NCBI GenBank assembly: GCA_049967655.1
Contig: JBMFSH010000013.1
Coordinates: 1-64,000 of the forward strand
Reading direction: 5' to 3'
Length of the DNA stretch: 64,000 bases
From: Acidobacteriota bacterium
Lineage (GTDB): Bacteria > Acidobacteriota > UBA4820 > DSQY01
This document shows positions 31,548 through 41,038 of the stretch, piece by piece. The notes beneath the pieces are model-generated. The model ran no database searches. It saw nothing but the letters and a program-made list of their open reading frames with translations, and was not told the DNA's origin. The first letter of the stretch is position 1. Every line of letters begins with the position of its first letter. Position numbers and translations under genes: made by a program.

Positions 31548-31915
31548 TGGAGGGGACCGGGCAGCCGCTGCGACGAACGGCGCAGAGGAAAGTCCGGACT
31601 CCACAGGGCCGCAAGCCTGCTAACGGCAGGGAGGGGTAACCCTACGGAAAGTGCCACAGAAAACAAACCGCCCGACCGGCTTCGGCCCAGAGGGTAAGGG
31701 TGAAACGGCGGGGTAAGAGCCCACCGCTCTTCCGGTAACGGAAGAGGCACGGTAAACCCCTTGCGGAGCAAGGCCAAATAGGGAGGTGTTCGAGGCTGGC
31801 CCGGCCGAGACCTCCGGGTAGGCTGCTGGAGGCCGCCGGCGACGGCGGTCCCAGAGGAATGGCTGCCACCCTCGGGCGACCGGGGGGACAGAATCCGGCT
31901 TACAGGTCCCCTCCA
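31548..31915 (+). ncRNA. rnpB: RNase P RNA, bacterial type A
   Basis: GAGGAAAGTCCGGACTCC, GGAAAGTGCCACAGAAA, GGGTGAAACGG, GGTAAACCCC..GGAGCAAG, ACAGAATCCGGCTTA; P1 helix TGGAGGGGACC/GGTCCCCTCCA. Confidence 0.97.
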
Positions 31916-31922
31916 GGAAGAT

Positions 31923-32040
31923 GGAAACAGGGAGACGGGGAGACAGGGAAAGGGGGAGAAGCGCGGCTGGATCCACGCGGTTGGCCGACGCGGACCCCGG
32001 CGGTTCCCGGTTTCTCGGTCTCCCTGATTTCCTTTTCCCC
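31923..32040. repeat. Inverted pair of degenerate octamer tandem arrays
   Basis: ggaaacag ggagacgg ggagacag ggaaaggg (31923-31954) and a complementary pyrimidine array at about 32007-32040. Confidence 0.55.
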
Positions 32041-32095
32041 GCCGTGGGTGGCCCAGTGCACCGCTCCTGGTTCGCGACCGTGCTATCCTCGACCC

Positions 32096-32965
32096 ATGAA
32101 GAAGGAACCGGGTGAAGGGCTCTCTCAGCTCGTCCGCGTGGTGGCCCCAGCGGGACCCGTGAACGAGGCGGATCTGGAAGCGGGCATGGGAGTGCTGCGC
32201 GGCATGGGACTCCGCGTCGAGGAATCGCCGCACGTCCGCCTTCGCGTGGGTTACCTGGCCGGATCCGACAAGCTTCGCGCGGGGGACCTCCAGGCGGCGC
32301 TGGACGACCCCGCCGTGGAGGTGGTCTGGTTCGCCCGGGGCGGCTACGGGACGAGCCGGATTCTCGATGGCCTGAATCCCGGCGGCCTGCGGCGACATCC
32401 CAAGACCATCGCGGGATTCTCCGATGCCACCGTCCTGCACGCCTGGGCCCAGCGCGTGCCAGGCGTTCGCCTGCTCTATGCGCCCGGGGTGCAGGAGCTG
32501 GGCCGGCCGGGCGTGTGCGACATGGGCTCCCTCGCCGCGGCGCTCGCAGGGAGTCCCGTGGACGTACCGGCCCAAGGTCCGCCCGCGCCAGCCGGAGCCT
32601 ACCCGGTGGTGGGCGGCTGCCTGAGCCTGCTGTCGGTCCTGGTGGGCACCCCCTGGGAGCCGGCTCTCGCGGAGCGCTGGCTGTTCCTTGAGGATGTGGG
32701 CGAGAGCATGTACCGCCTGGACCGCATGATGACGCATCTGGCGCAGGCCGGCTGGTTCGATCGGGTAGCCGGAATCCTGCTGGGGGGCTTCACGGGCATG
32801 GCCGAGGGCGAGCACCCCGGGCTGGTCACCGAGAGGGCGCGGGAGCTCCTCGGCCCCTCCAAGCCGTTGCTCGACGCGCTTCCCGTGGGCCATCTCAAGG
32901 GGAAGTTCACCCTGCCCCTCGAACGCCCCGCACGGTGGGATGGGACCGCTCTTCGGGTGAGTTAG
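32096..32965 (+). CDS. LD-carboxypeptidase (peptidase S66)
   Basis: VVAPAG, YLAGSD..RA.DL, ARGGYG, GFSDAT, LFLEDVGE, PVGH. Confidence 0.9.
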   Translation: MKKEPGEGLSQLVRVVAPAGPVNEADLEAGMGVLRGMGLRVEESPHVRLRVGYLAGSDKLRAGDLQAALDDPAVEVVWFARGGYGTSRILDGLNPGGLRRHPKTIAGFSDATVLHAWAQRVPGVRLLYAPGVQELGRPGVCDMGSLAAALAGSPVDVPAQGPPAPAGAYPVVGGCLSLLSVLVGTPWEPALAERWLFLEDVGESMYRLDRMMTHLAQAGWFDRVAGILLGGFTGMAEGEHPGLVTERARELLGPSKPLLDALPVGHLKGKFTLPLERPARWDGTALRVS

Positions 32966-33047
32966 TGCCCATCCGGAGAAGCCGTTTCCGCGTGGAGAGT
33001 GGAGTGTGGAAGATGCGGGGAGGAAAGTCCACGCAGAGTCCTTTGGT

Positions 33048-34205
33048 TCAATGGGTGCAGGTGCCGAAGGTGAAGGAGTAGATGCGGGCGCCGGCGGGGG
33101 GTTCCAGCTCCAGCAGGTGGCGGCCGAAGACGTTCCCTCCCACGAGGCGATAAAGGCGGGTGCGGCCCAGCCGCACGAAGGTCACGCCCTTCTGTTCCCG
33201 CACGTCCTCACCGCGAAGGGCTGGCGGCACGGGTTTCCCGTCGAGGAGTACCTCCATCCGGGCCTCCGTACGGTCCTTGCCGGCGTCGGCCACCACGTAG
33301 CATCCCGCCGCGTGATACTGCAGGAGGAGCTTGGAGGAGGGCCCGCCAGCCTGGCAATACTGTCCCCGCGGCTCCCACAGCCCGTCGAGGGCTGGAAGCC
33401 CATCCTCGATTCGGTCGGGGGGCGGAGCGGAAAAGGGGCGGTCGGAGGTGGAGAACCCCGTGGGCGATAGCACCGAGGAGGGAGCACCGCCCGCCCCCCC
33501 CGGCGACTCTTGGGGCACGGGGTGCGCCTGCGCGACGGGGCCGCTGAGGATCCTGGCGTACCCCCCCCGGTTGGAGAGGTGGCCGCGATTCGAGCCCACG
33601 TAAATCTCCGGCGTGGTGAGATAGCAGACGGCTCCGGGCCGGTCGGTCGCGCGGACCGGGGCCATGATGGGCAGATCGGGGCAGGTGCCGCCCTCCCGCA
33701 GGAGCTCTTGGATCTCCTTTTCGGTCCGCCCGTAGCCCCCCTCCCCCACGTGATCGAAGCGGATGACGCCCTTCCGGTCGATGAGGTAGTCGCGGGGCCA
33801 ATAGAGGTTGCCGTAAGCGTTCCAGGTCTTGTACCTGTCGTCGAGCAGGACGGGGTAGGTGATCCCGAAGCGCTTCACTGCGGCTTCCACGTTGGAGGGG
33901 ATGGAGGAGGCCCGGAACTCCGGGGTGTGAACTCCTACAATGACCAGCCCGTAAGGAGCGTAGCGTTTGTACCACTCCTTCAGGTAGGGGAGGGTGCGGA
34001 TGCAGTTGATGCAGGTGTACTCCCAGAAGTCCACCAGGACAACTTTCCCGCGAAGCCCGCGAAGGGTCAGCGGGGGGCTGTTGAGCCACTGGGCCTTGGG
34101 GAACTCGGGTGCAGACTTGCCCACCTCCGCGGGCCGTCCGCTCCAGAAAAGCAGGCCCACCAGCAATGCGGCGGCAACGAGGACGAAGACCCTGAACCCC
34201 TTCAC
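33048..34205 (-). CDS. Exported redoxin resembling the DipZ C-terminal thioredoxin plus beta domain
   Basis: GTG start with AGGAGG; N-terminal TM; WLNSPPLT...VVLVDFWEYTCINC, GVHTPEF, GEGGY, C-terminal YSFTFG. Confidence 0.85.
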   Translation of the reverse strand: MKGFRVFVLVAAALLVGLLFWSGRPAEVGKSAPEFPKAQWLNSPPLTLRGLRGKVVLVDFWEYTCINCIRTLPYLKEWYKRYAPYGLVIVGVHTPEFRASSIPSNVEAAVKRFGITYPVLLDDRYKTWNAYGNLYWPRDYLIDRKGVIRFDHVGEGGYGRTEKEIQELLREGGTCPDLPIMAPVRATDRPGAVCYLTTPEIYVGSNRGHLSNRGGYARILSGPVAQAHPVPQESPGGAGGAPSSVLSPTGFSTSDRPFSAPPPDRIEDGLPALDGLWEPRGQYCQAGGPSSKLLLQYHAAGCYVVADAGKDRTEARMEVLLDGKPVPPALRGEDVREQKGVTFVRLGRTRLYRLVGGNVFGRHLLELEPPAGARIYSFTFGTCTH

Positions 34206-34287
34206 GGCGGCCTCCTGCCCAGACCGGGCGGTAGGAGTTCCAACACTCGGGAGGGGAATTTGTTCCAGCCGCGAGCCACGGGTTAGA

Positions 34288-34549
34288 CCCCAATCCCGCG
34301 ATGGAGGAGGGGAATAGCCGTGGAAGGCGCGACAGATCACGTACAGTGGGAAAGGGTGTCACACCCACTGAGGGATTGGGGGGCCATCGAGCCGAAGGCG
34401 AAGAGGGCGCCAGGGGAGAGGTGGGGCCCCATCGGGCTTTGCCCGTGGGGCGGGAAGGGAATGGCCCTCCCCGTCCAGGAGACAACGTCTTTCCCCCGTA
34501 TACCCGAGCGGTAGCCGAAGGCACCCGCGTTTCCATCGCGGAATTTGGG
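34288..34549 (-). mobile_element. MITE-like dispersed repeat, copy 2 (inverted)
   Basis: Reverse complement of copies 1 and 3; flanks TTAGA / CTAGA (4 of 5 match); abuts the waaA stop codon. Confidence 0.82.
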
Positions 34550-35785
34550 CTAGACCCCGGGCAGGAGGTCGGTGAGCCACTGGGAGGCGCGGGCGACGGC
34601 TCCTTTGTGTTGCTCCGCCGCTTGGAGAGCTTTCTGGCCGCAGGCCTGGGCCAGGGGCGGGTCGGAGAGCAGCGCCGAAACCCTCCAGGCCAGCTCCCTG
34701 ACGTCCGCCGTCCGGAAGGCGCCGCCGGAGGCCAGCAGCCGCTCCGCCTCCTCCCGGAAGTTCTCCGTATGGGGCCCGAAGAGCACCGGGCGGCCCACGA
34801 AGGCGGGTTCCAGCACGTTCTGGCCACCCAGGGGCACCAGGCTACCGCCCACGAAGGCGAGGATCCCCACGGCATAGGCCGGCCAGAGCTCTCCGACCGT
34901 ATCCAGGACCAGGACGTCCCATCCCGGAGCGGGTGCGGTCGTGCGGCGCGCCGCGTCCAGCCCGAAGGCGGCGGAGGCTTCGAGACACTCGGCCACCCGA
35001 TCCAAGTGCCGGGGGGCGAGGATGAGCCGGGCCTGAGGGCAGGTCTCACGCACGGCGGCGTGGGCCTCCAGGACGAGCCGTTCCTCGCCTTCGCGCACCG
35101 ATCCGGCCACCCAGCAAGGCCCAGGCCCGGCGAGGGCGGCCAGCTCGGTCCGGACCTGCTCGAAGGCGGGCGGCAGGGTCAGGTCGTACTTCAGGTTTCC
35201 GTACACCCTGACGCGGTCTGGATGGGCGCCCAGCGTGCGGAACCGCGCCGCGTGCTCCTCGCTCTGGGCCGCCACGTGGACGTCCCTCAGCGCGCCGCTG
35301 TAGAGGGCCCTCAAGCGCACGGTCCGGCGCAGCGCTCGGTCCGAAAGGCGGCCGTTGACGATGAAGACGGGGATGCCGGAGCGTATGGCCTCCCGGAACA
35401 GTTCGGGCCATATCTCGGTCTCCACGAGGACGAGAGCGCGGGGTCTGAGGCGGCGGAGGGCCCTGTGCACGCAGGAGTGGAGATCGAGGGGAAAGGCCTG
35501 CGGGTCCATCTCCGGCGGGCCTTCGCGACGAGCCAGCGCGATCCCGGCTGCGGTGGTGGCCGTGAGGGCCGAGGGCAGGCCTCGCTCCTTCAGCGCCTGG
35601 GCAAAGCGAAGCGCGATTCGGACCTCCCCGACCGAGACGGCTTGAATCCACACGGGGCCGTCCTCTCGATGTCGAAGGAAGCCTAGCCGCTCGGGCAGGC
35701 GTAGAGCCCCCCGCTGGCGCAGGGCGAGGTAGGCGAGCCACAGGGGCGCCGCGAGCAGGGAGAGTAGTCTATACAGCCAGCGCAA
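34550..35785 (-). CDS. waaA: 3-deoxy-D-manno-octulosonic acid (Kdo) transferase
   Basis: WIQAVSVGE, ETEIWP, NGRLS, GNLKYD, APRH, DTVGEL, FVGGSLVPLGGQNVLEP; probable TTG start. Confidence 0.93.
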   Translation of the reverse strand: MRWLYRLLSLLAAPLWLAYLALRQRGALRLPERLGFLRHREDGPVWIQAVSVGEVRIALRFAQALKERGLPSALTATTAAGIALARREGPPEMDPQAFPLDLHSCVHRALRRLRPRALVLVETEIWPELFREAIRSGIPVFIVNGRLSDRALRRTVRLRALYSGALRDVHVAAQSEEHAARFRTLGAHPDRVRVYGNLKYDLTLPPAFEQVRTELAALAGPGPCWVAGSVREGEERLVLEAHAAVRETCPQARLILAPRHLDRVAECLEASAAFGLDAARRTTAPAPGWDVLVLDTVGELWPAYAVGILAFVGGSLVPLGGQNVLEPAFVGRPVLFGPHTENFREEAERLLASGGAFRTADVRELAWRVSALLSDPPLAQACGQKALQAAEQHKGAVARASQWLTDLLPGV

Positions 35786-36584
35786 CCGATTTCCCTTTCG
35801 GGTCGAAGGATGCGGCCATCTCCTCGCCCAGCGCGTTGAGCGCCCAGACCACGAGGAAGATGGCCGCCCCGGGGATGAGCGCGAGGTGGGGCGCCTCCAG
35901 CAGATAGTCGCAGCCCGTGGAGAGCATCTCGCCCCACGAAGGCATGGGCGGCTGGATGCCCAGGCCGAGGAAGGAGAGGCCGGCCTCCGCCAGCAGGACG
36001 CTGGCGGCCCCCGCGGCGGCCTGGACCGCGAGGAGACCAGCGCAGTTGGGCAGGAGGTGGCGGAAGAGCACGCGGGGGAGCCCCGCTCCCGAAGCCAGGC
36101 TTGCCTGGGTGTACTCCCTCTGCCGCAGGGAGAGCGCCATGGAGCGGGCCAGGCGGGCGTAGCCGACCCAGGCCGTGCAGGAGAGGGCCAGGATGAGCGG
36201 CACCACTCCGCGTCCCACGTAAGCCAGGATGGTAATCGCCAGCAGGATGCCCGGCAGGGCCAGGAGCACGTCGGTGAGAAAGACGGTCCCCCTCTCGCAC
36301 CAGCCTCCCAGATAGCCCGAGGCCAGGCCCACGAGGGAACCCAGGCAGAGCGCCAGGAAGAGGCTCGCACTCACCACGCCCAGAGAAACGCGCCCGCCGT
36401 AGCAGAGGCGGGCCAGGACATCCCTCCCCAGGTCGTCGGTGCCCAGTGGGTGTTGCAGGGAAGGGCCCTGAAGACGGGCGGAAAGATTGAGGCTGGCGTA
36501 GGAGCGCGAGATGAACAGGGGCGCGGCGAGGGAGCTCAGGAGCCAGAGCCCCAGGATGAAGAGCACGAGCATCCTCCTAGGCAT
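35769..36584 (-). CDS. Dipeptide/oligopeptide/nickel ABC permease (DppC-like)
   Basis: HPLGTDDLGRD, RHLLPN, EAGLSFLGLG.QPP.PSWG. Confidence 0.92.
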   Translation of the reverse strand: MPRRMLVLFILGLWLLSSLAAPLFISRSYASLNLSARLQGPSLQHPLGTDDLGRDVLARLCYGGRVSLGVVSASLFLALCLGSLVGLASGYLGGWCERGTVFLTDVLLALPGILLAITILAYVGRGVVPLILALSCTAWVGYARLARSMALSLRQREYTQASLASGAGLPRVLFRHLLPNCAGLLAVQAAAGAASVLLAEAGLSFLGLGIQPPMPSWGEMLSTGCDYLLEAPHLALIPGAAIFLVVWALNALGEEMAASFDPKGKSVALAV

Positions 36585-37497
36585 AACGCACCCTCGGATC
36601 GATCCGGGCGTAGAGGAGATCCGTCCCGAGGTTGACGGTCAGCACCGTCGCGGCGAACAGGAGCACCGCTCCCTGGACCACCGGGTAATCCCGCCCCGTG
36701 ATGGCGGTCAGGACCAGCGTTCCGAGGCCGGGCCACCGGAAAATTTTCTCCGTGATGATGGCCCCGGTCAAGACGGCGCCGAACTGGAGGCCCGCCACCG
36801 TGACCACGGGGAGAAGGGCGTTGCGCAAGGCGTGGCGGCGGAAGGCGGTCCCTTCCCCAAGGCCCCTCGCAAGGGCCGCCCGAATGTACTCCCGATGGGA
36901 TTCCTCGCCCACGGAGGTCCGCACGATCCTGACCAGGAGGGCGGCGAGAGGGAGGCCCAGGGCCAGCGAGGGCAGCACGATGCTGCCGGGATCGTCCGCG
37001 CCCGAGACCGGCAGCCAGGGGTATTTGACGGCGAAGGCGAGGATGAGCAGGGGGCCCAGCAAGAAGGAGGGCAGCGAGAAACCGACGCTCGACAAGAGCC
37101 GGGCCACGGCGTCCCACCCGCCGCCCGGTCTGCGGGCCGCCGCCGTCCCCAGGGGCACGGCGATGAGACAGGCCAAGAGCATGGCGCAGCACCCCAGCTC
37201 GAGGGTTCTGGGAAATGCGCCGGCGAGTTCGGCCGAGACGGGGCGTCCGGTACGCAGGGAGCGGCCGAGACGGCCGGTGGCCAGCCCCGCGAGGTAATGG
37301 CCGTACTGGACGGCCAGGGGCCGGTCCAGTCCGAGGGCGTGGCGCATCTCGACCCTGCGCGTCGGCGCGGCGTTCTCTCCCAGCATGATCTCCACCGGAT
37401 CTCCGGGCATGGCGCGATTCAGGAAGAAGACGAGGGTCAGGAGGCCCCAGAGCGTCGGAAAGAAGAGGAGGATGCGCGCCAGAGCGTAACGGCTCAC
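36577..37497 (-). CDS. Dipeptide/oligopeptide/nickel ABC permease (DppB-like)
   Basis: PGDPV, GLDRPLAVQY, ARGL....RHALRNA, TEKIFRWPGLG, RDYPVVQG, DPRVR. Confidence 0.92.
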   Translation of the reverse strand: MSRYALARILLFFPTLWGLLTLVFFLNRAMPGDPVEIMLGENAAPTRRVEMRHALGLDRPLAVQYGHYLAGLATGRLGRSLRTGRPVSAELAGAFPRTLELGCCAMLLACLIAVPLGTAAARRPGGGWDAVARLLSSVGFSLPSFLLGPLLILAFAVKYPWLPVSGADDPGSIVLPSLALGLPLAALLVRIVRTSVGEESHREYIRAALARGLGEGTAFRRHALRNALLPVVTVAGLQFGAVLTGAIITEKIFRWPGLGTLVLTAITGRDYPVVQGAVLLFAATVLTVNLGTDLLYARIDPRVRYA

Positions 37498-37546
37498 GCG
37501 GAGGCCCTCCCGCCTCTGCCCGAGAAACGGCCGGGGCCTCCGCCTC

Positions 37547-37954
37547 TCAGCATGCCTCCGGCTCGCGAGGCGGCGCCAGGAGGCTCGCCGGATTGATGTA
37601 GATGAGGAGGTTGTTGTCCTGTTCGTCCAGGACGGTGAGGTAGAACCCCCTGGCCACGTCGGCTCGGGGCCGAAGCTCCCCGAAGATGGTCTCGCCGTCG
37701 TGAAACGGCACACCCACGAGATTCCTGCCGGTGCCGGTCTCCCACTTGCGGGGAGAGGAGGGCCGGTCGTAGGCCGGGTTGCCCGTGAAGCTCCTCACAA
37801 AGAAGACCGCCTTCAGGCGTTCCAGCGGGACCATCCCGGGCCTCCCCTGCAGATCCACCGTGGGGACCGGATCGCACCCCTCCTCGAAGAGGGGGGCGTA
37901 GGCCCGCTCAATCCGGCCATCCAGGTAGTGGAGAATGATCTTCTTGAGCTCCAA
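37547..37954 (-). CDS. Conserved hypothetical protein
   Basis: Two related halves (IILHYLDG / VPFHDGETIFG), LKAVFFVRSFTG; AGGAGG RBS before a TTG start. Confidence 0.65.
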   Translation of the reverse strand: MELKKIILHYLDGRIERAYAPLFEEGCDPVPTVDLQGRPGMVPLERLKAVFFVRSFTGNPAYDRPSSPRKWETGTGRNLVGVPFHDGETIFGELRPRADVARGFYLTVLDEQDNNLLIYINPASLLAPPREPEAC

Positions 37955-38007
37955 GGCTCCCTCCTGCGGGCACTATACGGTGAGTCGCCGAGAGGTACAA
38001 CCGGGAT

Positions 38008-38049
38008 GATAGATGATAGGTGATGGATGATAGACGAGGGACGGTAGAC
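38008..38049 (+). repeat. Degenerate heptamer tandem repeat
   Basis: gatagat gataggt gatggat gatagac gagggac ggtagac. Confidence 0.6.
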
Positions 38050-38179
38050 GGCGGCCGCCTGTCGGATCCATCCCCCATCTTTCGCTTCGCTCCGGAGGGC
38101 GGACTGTTCCAGGAAATATGGGGACGGCTTCGGTCGGCCGTGGAGAGAAGCCTGCCCGGAATCGCGCTATCCTAACCGC

Positions 38180-39601
38180 ATGACCGAGGAGCGTCCAGCG
38201 GGGGCGCCGTGCTTCCGCCACCCAACCAGGACGGCCCGCCGCAGATGCTACGAGTGCAGGAGACCCATCTGCCCGAGCTGCCAGATCCGGACCGCCGGCC
38301 ACATCTTCTGTTCGCGCCGGTGCGCCCGGCTGACCGGTAGGAAGGAGCGGCTGGACCGTCTGAAGGCGTGGAACCGGACGGCGCTGGGCGGAGTCTGGTT
38401 CCGGATCGTCCTGTTCGGCTGCCTGCTGGCGGGCGGCGGTCTGGCGGTGTGGCTCTCCATGAACGCGGACCGCTTCATGCCCGCGCCGGAGGTGGTGCTT
38501 CCCAAATTCGGGACGGCGCACGAGCGTGAGTTCGACCAAGAGCAAGTGGACTGGGAGTCGCCCGGGTCCATCGTCATCGACGAGCCGGCCAACGGCGCCC
38601 TGGTGACGACGAATACCATCGAGGTCCGGGGGCACGCGCCACCCGAATCTATGGTGGGCCTCTACATGAACGGCCAGCGGGTGAGCGTTCAGCTCTGCAA
38701 GCGGGGTCAGTGGAGCTTCCAGGGGGTGCCGCTCACTCAGGCCCGAAACATCCTCCAAGCCAGGTATTTCGACAACCGGGGCAACTCCTCTTACGGCCCC
38801 GCCGTGCAGGTCGATCTGCGGGCGGCGCCCGCCAGGCTGGAGGCGCCCGCCGAGGCCGTCAACGAAGCGCTGGGCGGCAGCTACAACCTGATCCGGGCCC
38901 CCGAGGGCAACCACGAGGTGCTCCTGACCTTCGACGGCGGCTCCAACGACAGCGCCACCGAGGCCATCCTGGACGATCTCCAGAAGGAGCACGTCCGCGC
39001 CACCTTCTTCCTCACCGGCATGTACATGCGGCACTATCCCGATCTGGTCCGGCGGATCGCGGACGCGGGGTACGTGGTGGGCAACCACACCTTCAGCCAT
39101 CCCCACCTGACGACCTACTCCTTCGATCACCGGCAGGCCACGCTCCCGGGAGTGACGGAGGCCTTCTTGCGCGACCAGCTCCTGAAGGCCGCAGATCTCT
39201 ACAAGATCATCACGGGGAAGACCATGGCACCTTACTGGCGGGCTCCCTTCGGCGAATTCAACTCGGAGATCTTGGGCTGGGCCCACGACGCTGGATTCAG
39301 CGCGGTCTACTGGACCCCGCACCTGGATACCCTGGACTGGGTCGCCTCGCCGGCCGACCCGCTCTTTCACACCCCGCAGCAGATCCTCGCCGGGCTTCTC
39401 AAGAGGGCCGCAACGGCCCCCGGCGGGGTGGACGGAGGCATCGTGCTCATGCACCTGGGCACCGAGCGAAAGGGCGACATGCGGGCGGACGTGATCCTGC
39501 CCACCCTGATCGAGTCCCTCAAGAGGCAGAACTACCGCTTCGTCACGGTGGATCAGGTCTCCTGGGGCGGTTCCGAGGGTTCGAAGCCCAGCCCGCAGTG
39601 A
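38180..39601 (+). CDS. Polysaccharide deacetylase (CE4/NodB) with N-terminal zinc finger, TM and Ig-like domain
   Basis: LTFDGG, ATFF, NHTFSH, RAPFG, DW, IVLMH; N-terminal CFRH..CYEC..ICPSC..FCSRRC. Confidence 0.88.
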   Translation: MTEERPAGAPCFRHPTRTARRRCYECRRPICPSCQIRTAGHIFCSRRCARLTGRKERLDRLKAWNRTALGGVWFRIVLFGCLLAGGGLAVWLSMNADRFMPAPEVVLPKFGTAHEREFDQEQVDWESPGSIVIDEPANGALVTTNTIEVRGHAPPESMVGLYMNGQRVSVQLCKRGQWSFQGVPLTQARNILQARYFDNRGNSSYGPAVQVDLRAAPARLEAPAEAVNEALGGSYNLIRAPEGNHEVLLTFDGGSNDSATEAILDDLQKEHVRATFFLTGMYMRHYPDLVRRIADAGYVVGNHTFSHPHLTTYSFDHRQATLPGVTEAFLRDQLLKAADLYKIITGKTMAPYWRAPFGEFNSEILGWAHDAGFSAVYWTPHLDTLDWVASPADPLFHTPQQILAGLLKRAATAPGGVDGGIVLMHLGTERKGDMRADVILPTLIESLKRQNYRFVTVDQVSWGGSEGSKPSPQ

Positions 39602-39613
39602 AGGCCCGTTATT

Positions 39614-40468
39614 TCAGCGCTTGCCGCTTCGGCGCTTCTTGGGCTTCTTGAGGGGCTGGCCGGGCGCGGCCTGCACGTCGGCCTCGCCCTCCTCTTCTCC
39701 GTCCTCCAGGAGCCGGCCCATCCGCCCCAGCACGATGGGGTAGGCGCCGTCCACCTTTTTGCCGATGTGGATGATCTTGCGCCGCTGGGCCTCGGCGAGA
39801 AAGGCTTTGAACTGGCTGAAGCCGAAGCTCTTTTCGTCGAAGGTGGGGCTGAGCTGGAGCATCTTCTGCTTGAGGTTGGAGGAGTCCACCGAACGATCCT
39901 CGTCCTCGAGCAGGGCGATGGCGCGCTTGAGGATGGCGAAGGCCTTGGGAAGGTCCTTCGGGTCGGTTTCCTTGGTCTCGCCCACCATGCCCTCCGTGGC
40001 CTGAAGAGGATCCACGATGTTCTCGTAGGCGAGGTACTCGTTGCAGTTCTTCATGACCACCGAGGAGGTGGTCTGCCGCATCCCGATGATGACCACCTTC
40101 TTGTTGTAGGCCTGGAGGCGGGAGATGAGGGGCAGGAAGTCGCTGTCCCCGCTGACCACGGCGAAGACGTCGATGTGGTGGTTCGTCAGGCAGGCCTCCA
40201 GCGCATCCACGGCGAGCTGGATGTCGGCGCCGTTCTTGTCGCCTCCGGCGAAGATGGTGGGCCGCTCCACCAGGTCCACGCCGTTTTCGGCCAGGGTTTT
40301 GCGGAACTGGGGGAACTTGGCCCAGTCTCCGTAAGCCTTCTTCAGGATGATGATGCCCCGCTCCCTGAGCGCGTTCAGGACGCGCGTGATGTCCAGCTGC
40401 CCGTTGTCGAAGTCGATGAACAGGGCGATGCGGGGGGTCTGGTCCGTGGGGGTAATTTGCACGTTCAC
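39614..40468 (-). CDS. NYN domain protein with C-terminal OST-HTH/LOTUS domain
   Basis: ALFIDFDN, KAYGDW, KNGADIQLAVDA, SGDSDFLPL; PTFDEKSFGFSQFKAFL. Confidence 0.88.
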   Translation of the reverse strand: MNVQITPTDQTPRIALFIDFDNGQLDITRVLNALRERGIIILKKAYGDWAKFPQFRKTLAENGVDLVERPTIFAGGDKNGADIQLAVDALEACLTNHHIDVFAVVSGDSDFLPLISRLQAYNKKVVIIGMRQTTSSVVMKNCNEYLAYENIVDPLQATEGMVGETKETDPKDLPKAFAILKRAIALLEDEDRSVDSSNLKQKMLQLSPTFDEKSFGFSQFKAFLAEAQRRKIIHIGKKVDGAYPIVLGRMGRLLEDGEEEGEADVQAAPGQPLKKPKKRRSGKR

Positions 40469-40522
40469 CCTCCTTCTTCCCTAAGCATACATTCCGATCA
40501 TCAGAAAATTCAAGGGTTACAG

Positions 40523-40635
40523 CCCCAAATTCCGCGATGGAGCCCTAACGCCTTCGTAAGAGCGCTGCCTCGCCGCGACCCCGGGGGTGAGTCCGGGAGT
40601 GGGGGCAGATTGCCCACAACCGCCCGTCGCGCCTG
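40523..40635 (+). repeat. Diverged or truncated relative of the MITE-like family
   Basis: Starts CCCCAAATTCCGCGATGGAG..GCCTTCG and keeps AGTGGG..CCCAC..GTCGCGCCT; no second terminal repeat seen. Confidence 0.55.
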
Positions 40636-40713
40636 GAGATCCCGGATGGCGATCTTGCCAGGTACCGTGCCCCACCACAAAGGGCTGGAGTGAAGCTGCC
40701 CTGGACTTGAATG

Positions 40714-40920
40714 CTACTCGGCCTTCCGCTTTCCCAGGTTGCAGGTGTTGATGCCCAAAAGGCTGTAGGGCGGGCACCAGCCCAACAGGGCCGTCAGCAG
40801 AGGGATGAGGCCGATGAGCCCCCAGAGGCTCTTGGGTCCCCAGAAGATCAGGCTGATCAAGAAGAGTCCCACGATTCCCCGTACCACTCGCTCAACAGGG
40901 TGAATGTTGACGTTGACCAT
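40714..40920 (-). CDS. DUF2892 (YgaP-like) small membrane protein
   Basis: NI...ER..R...G...WGLIGLIPLLTA..GWCP.Y..LGINTC. Confidence 0.85.
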   Translation of the reverse strand: MVNVNIHPVERVVRGIVGLFLISLIFWGPKSLWGLIGLIPLLTALLGWCPPYSLLGINTCNLGKRKAE

Positions 40921-41038
40921 TGCGTTCGCCTCCTAGTTTTTACAATCGTGATTCCCCCTACTTTATGCCACCAATCGACTTGCGGCGCCAGCGAAGCGGG
41001 GGTACCCTCGCCTTGCAGCCGAGCACGCGGGAGCCGCC

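Noticed and set aside
31478..32893. 471-aa minus-strand ORF and other long antisense ORFs such as 4037-6277 and 54965-56578
   Set aside because: Shadow frames of real genes or rnpB in high-GC DNA, with Arg/Pro/Gly-rich composition and no motifs.
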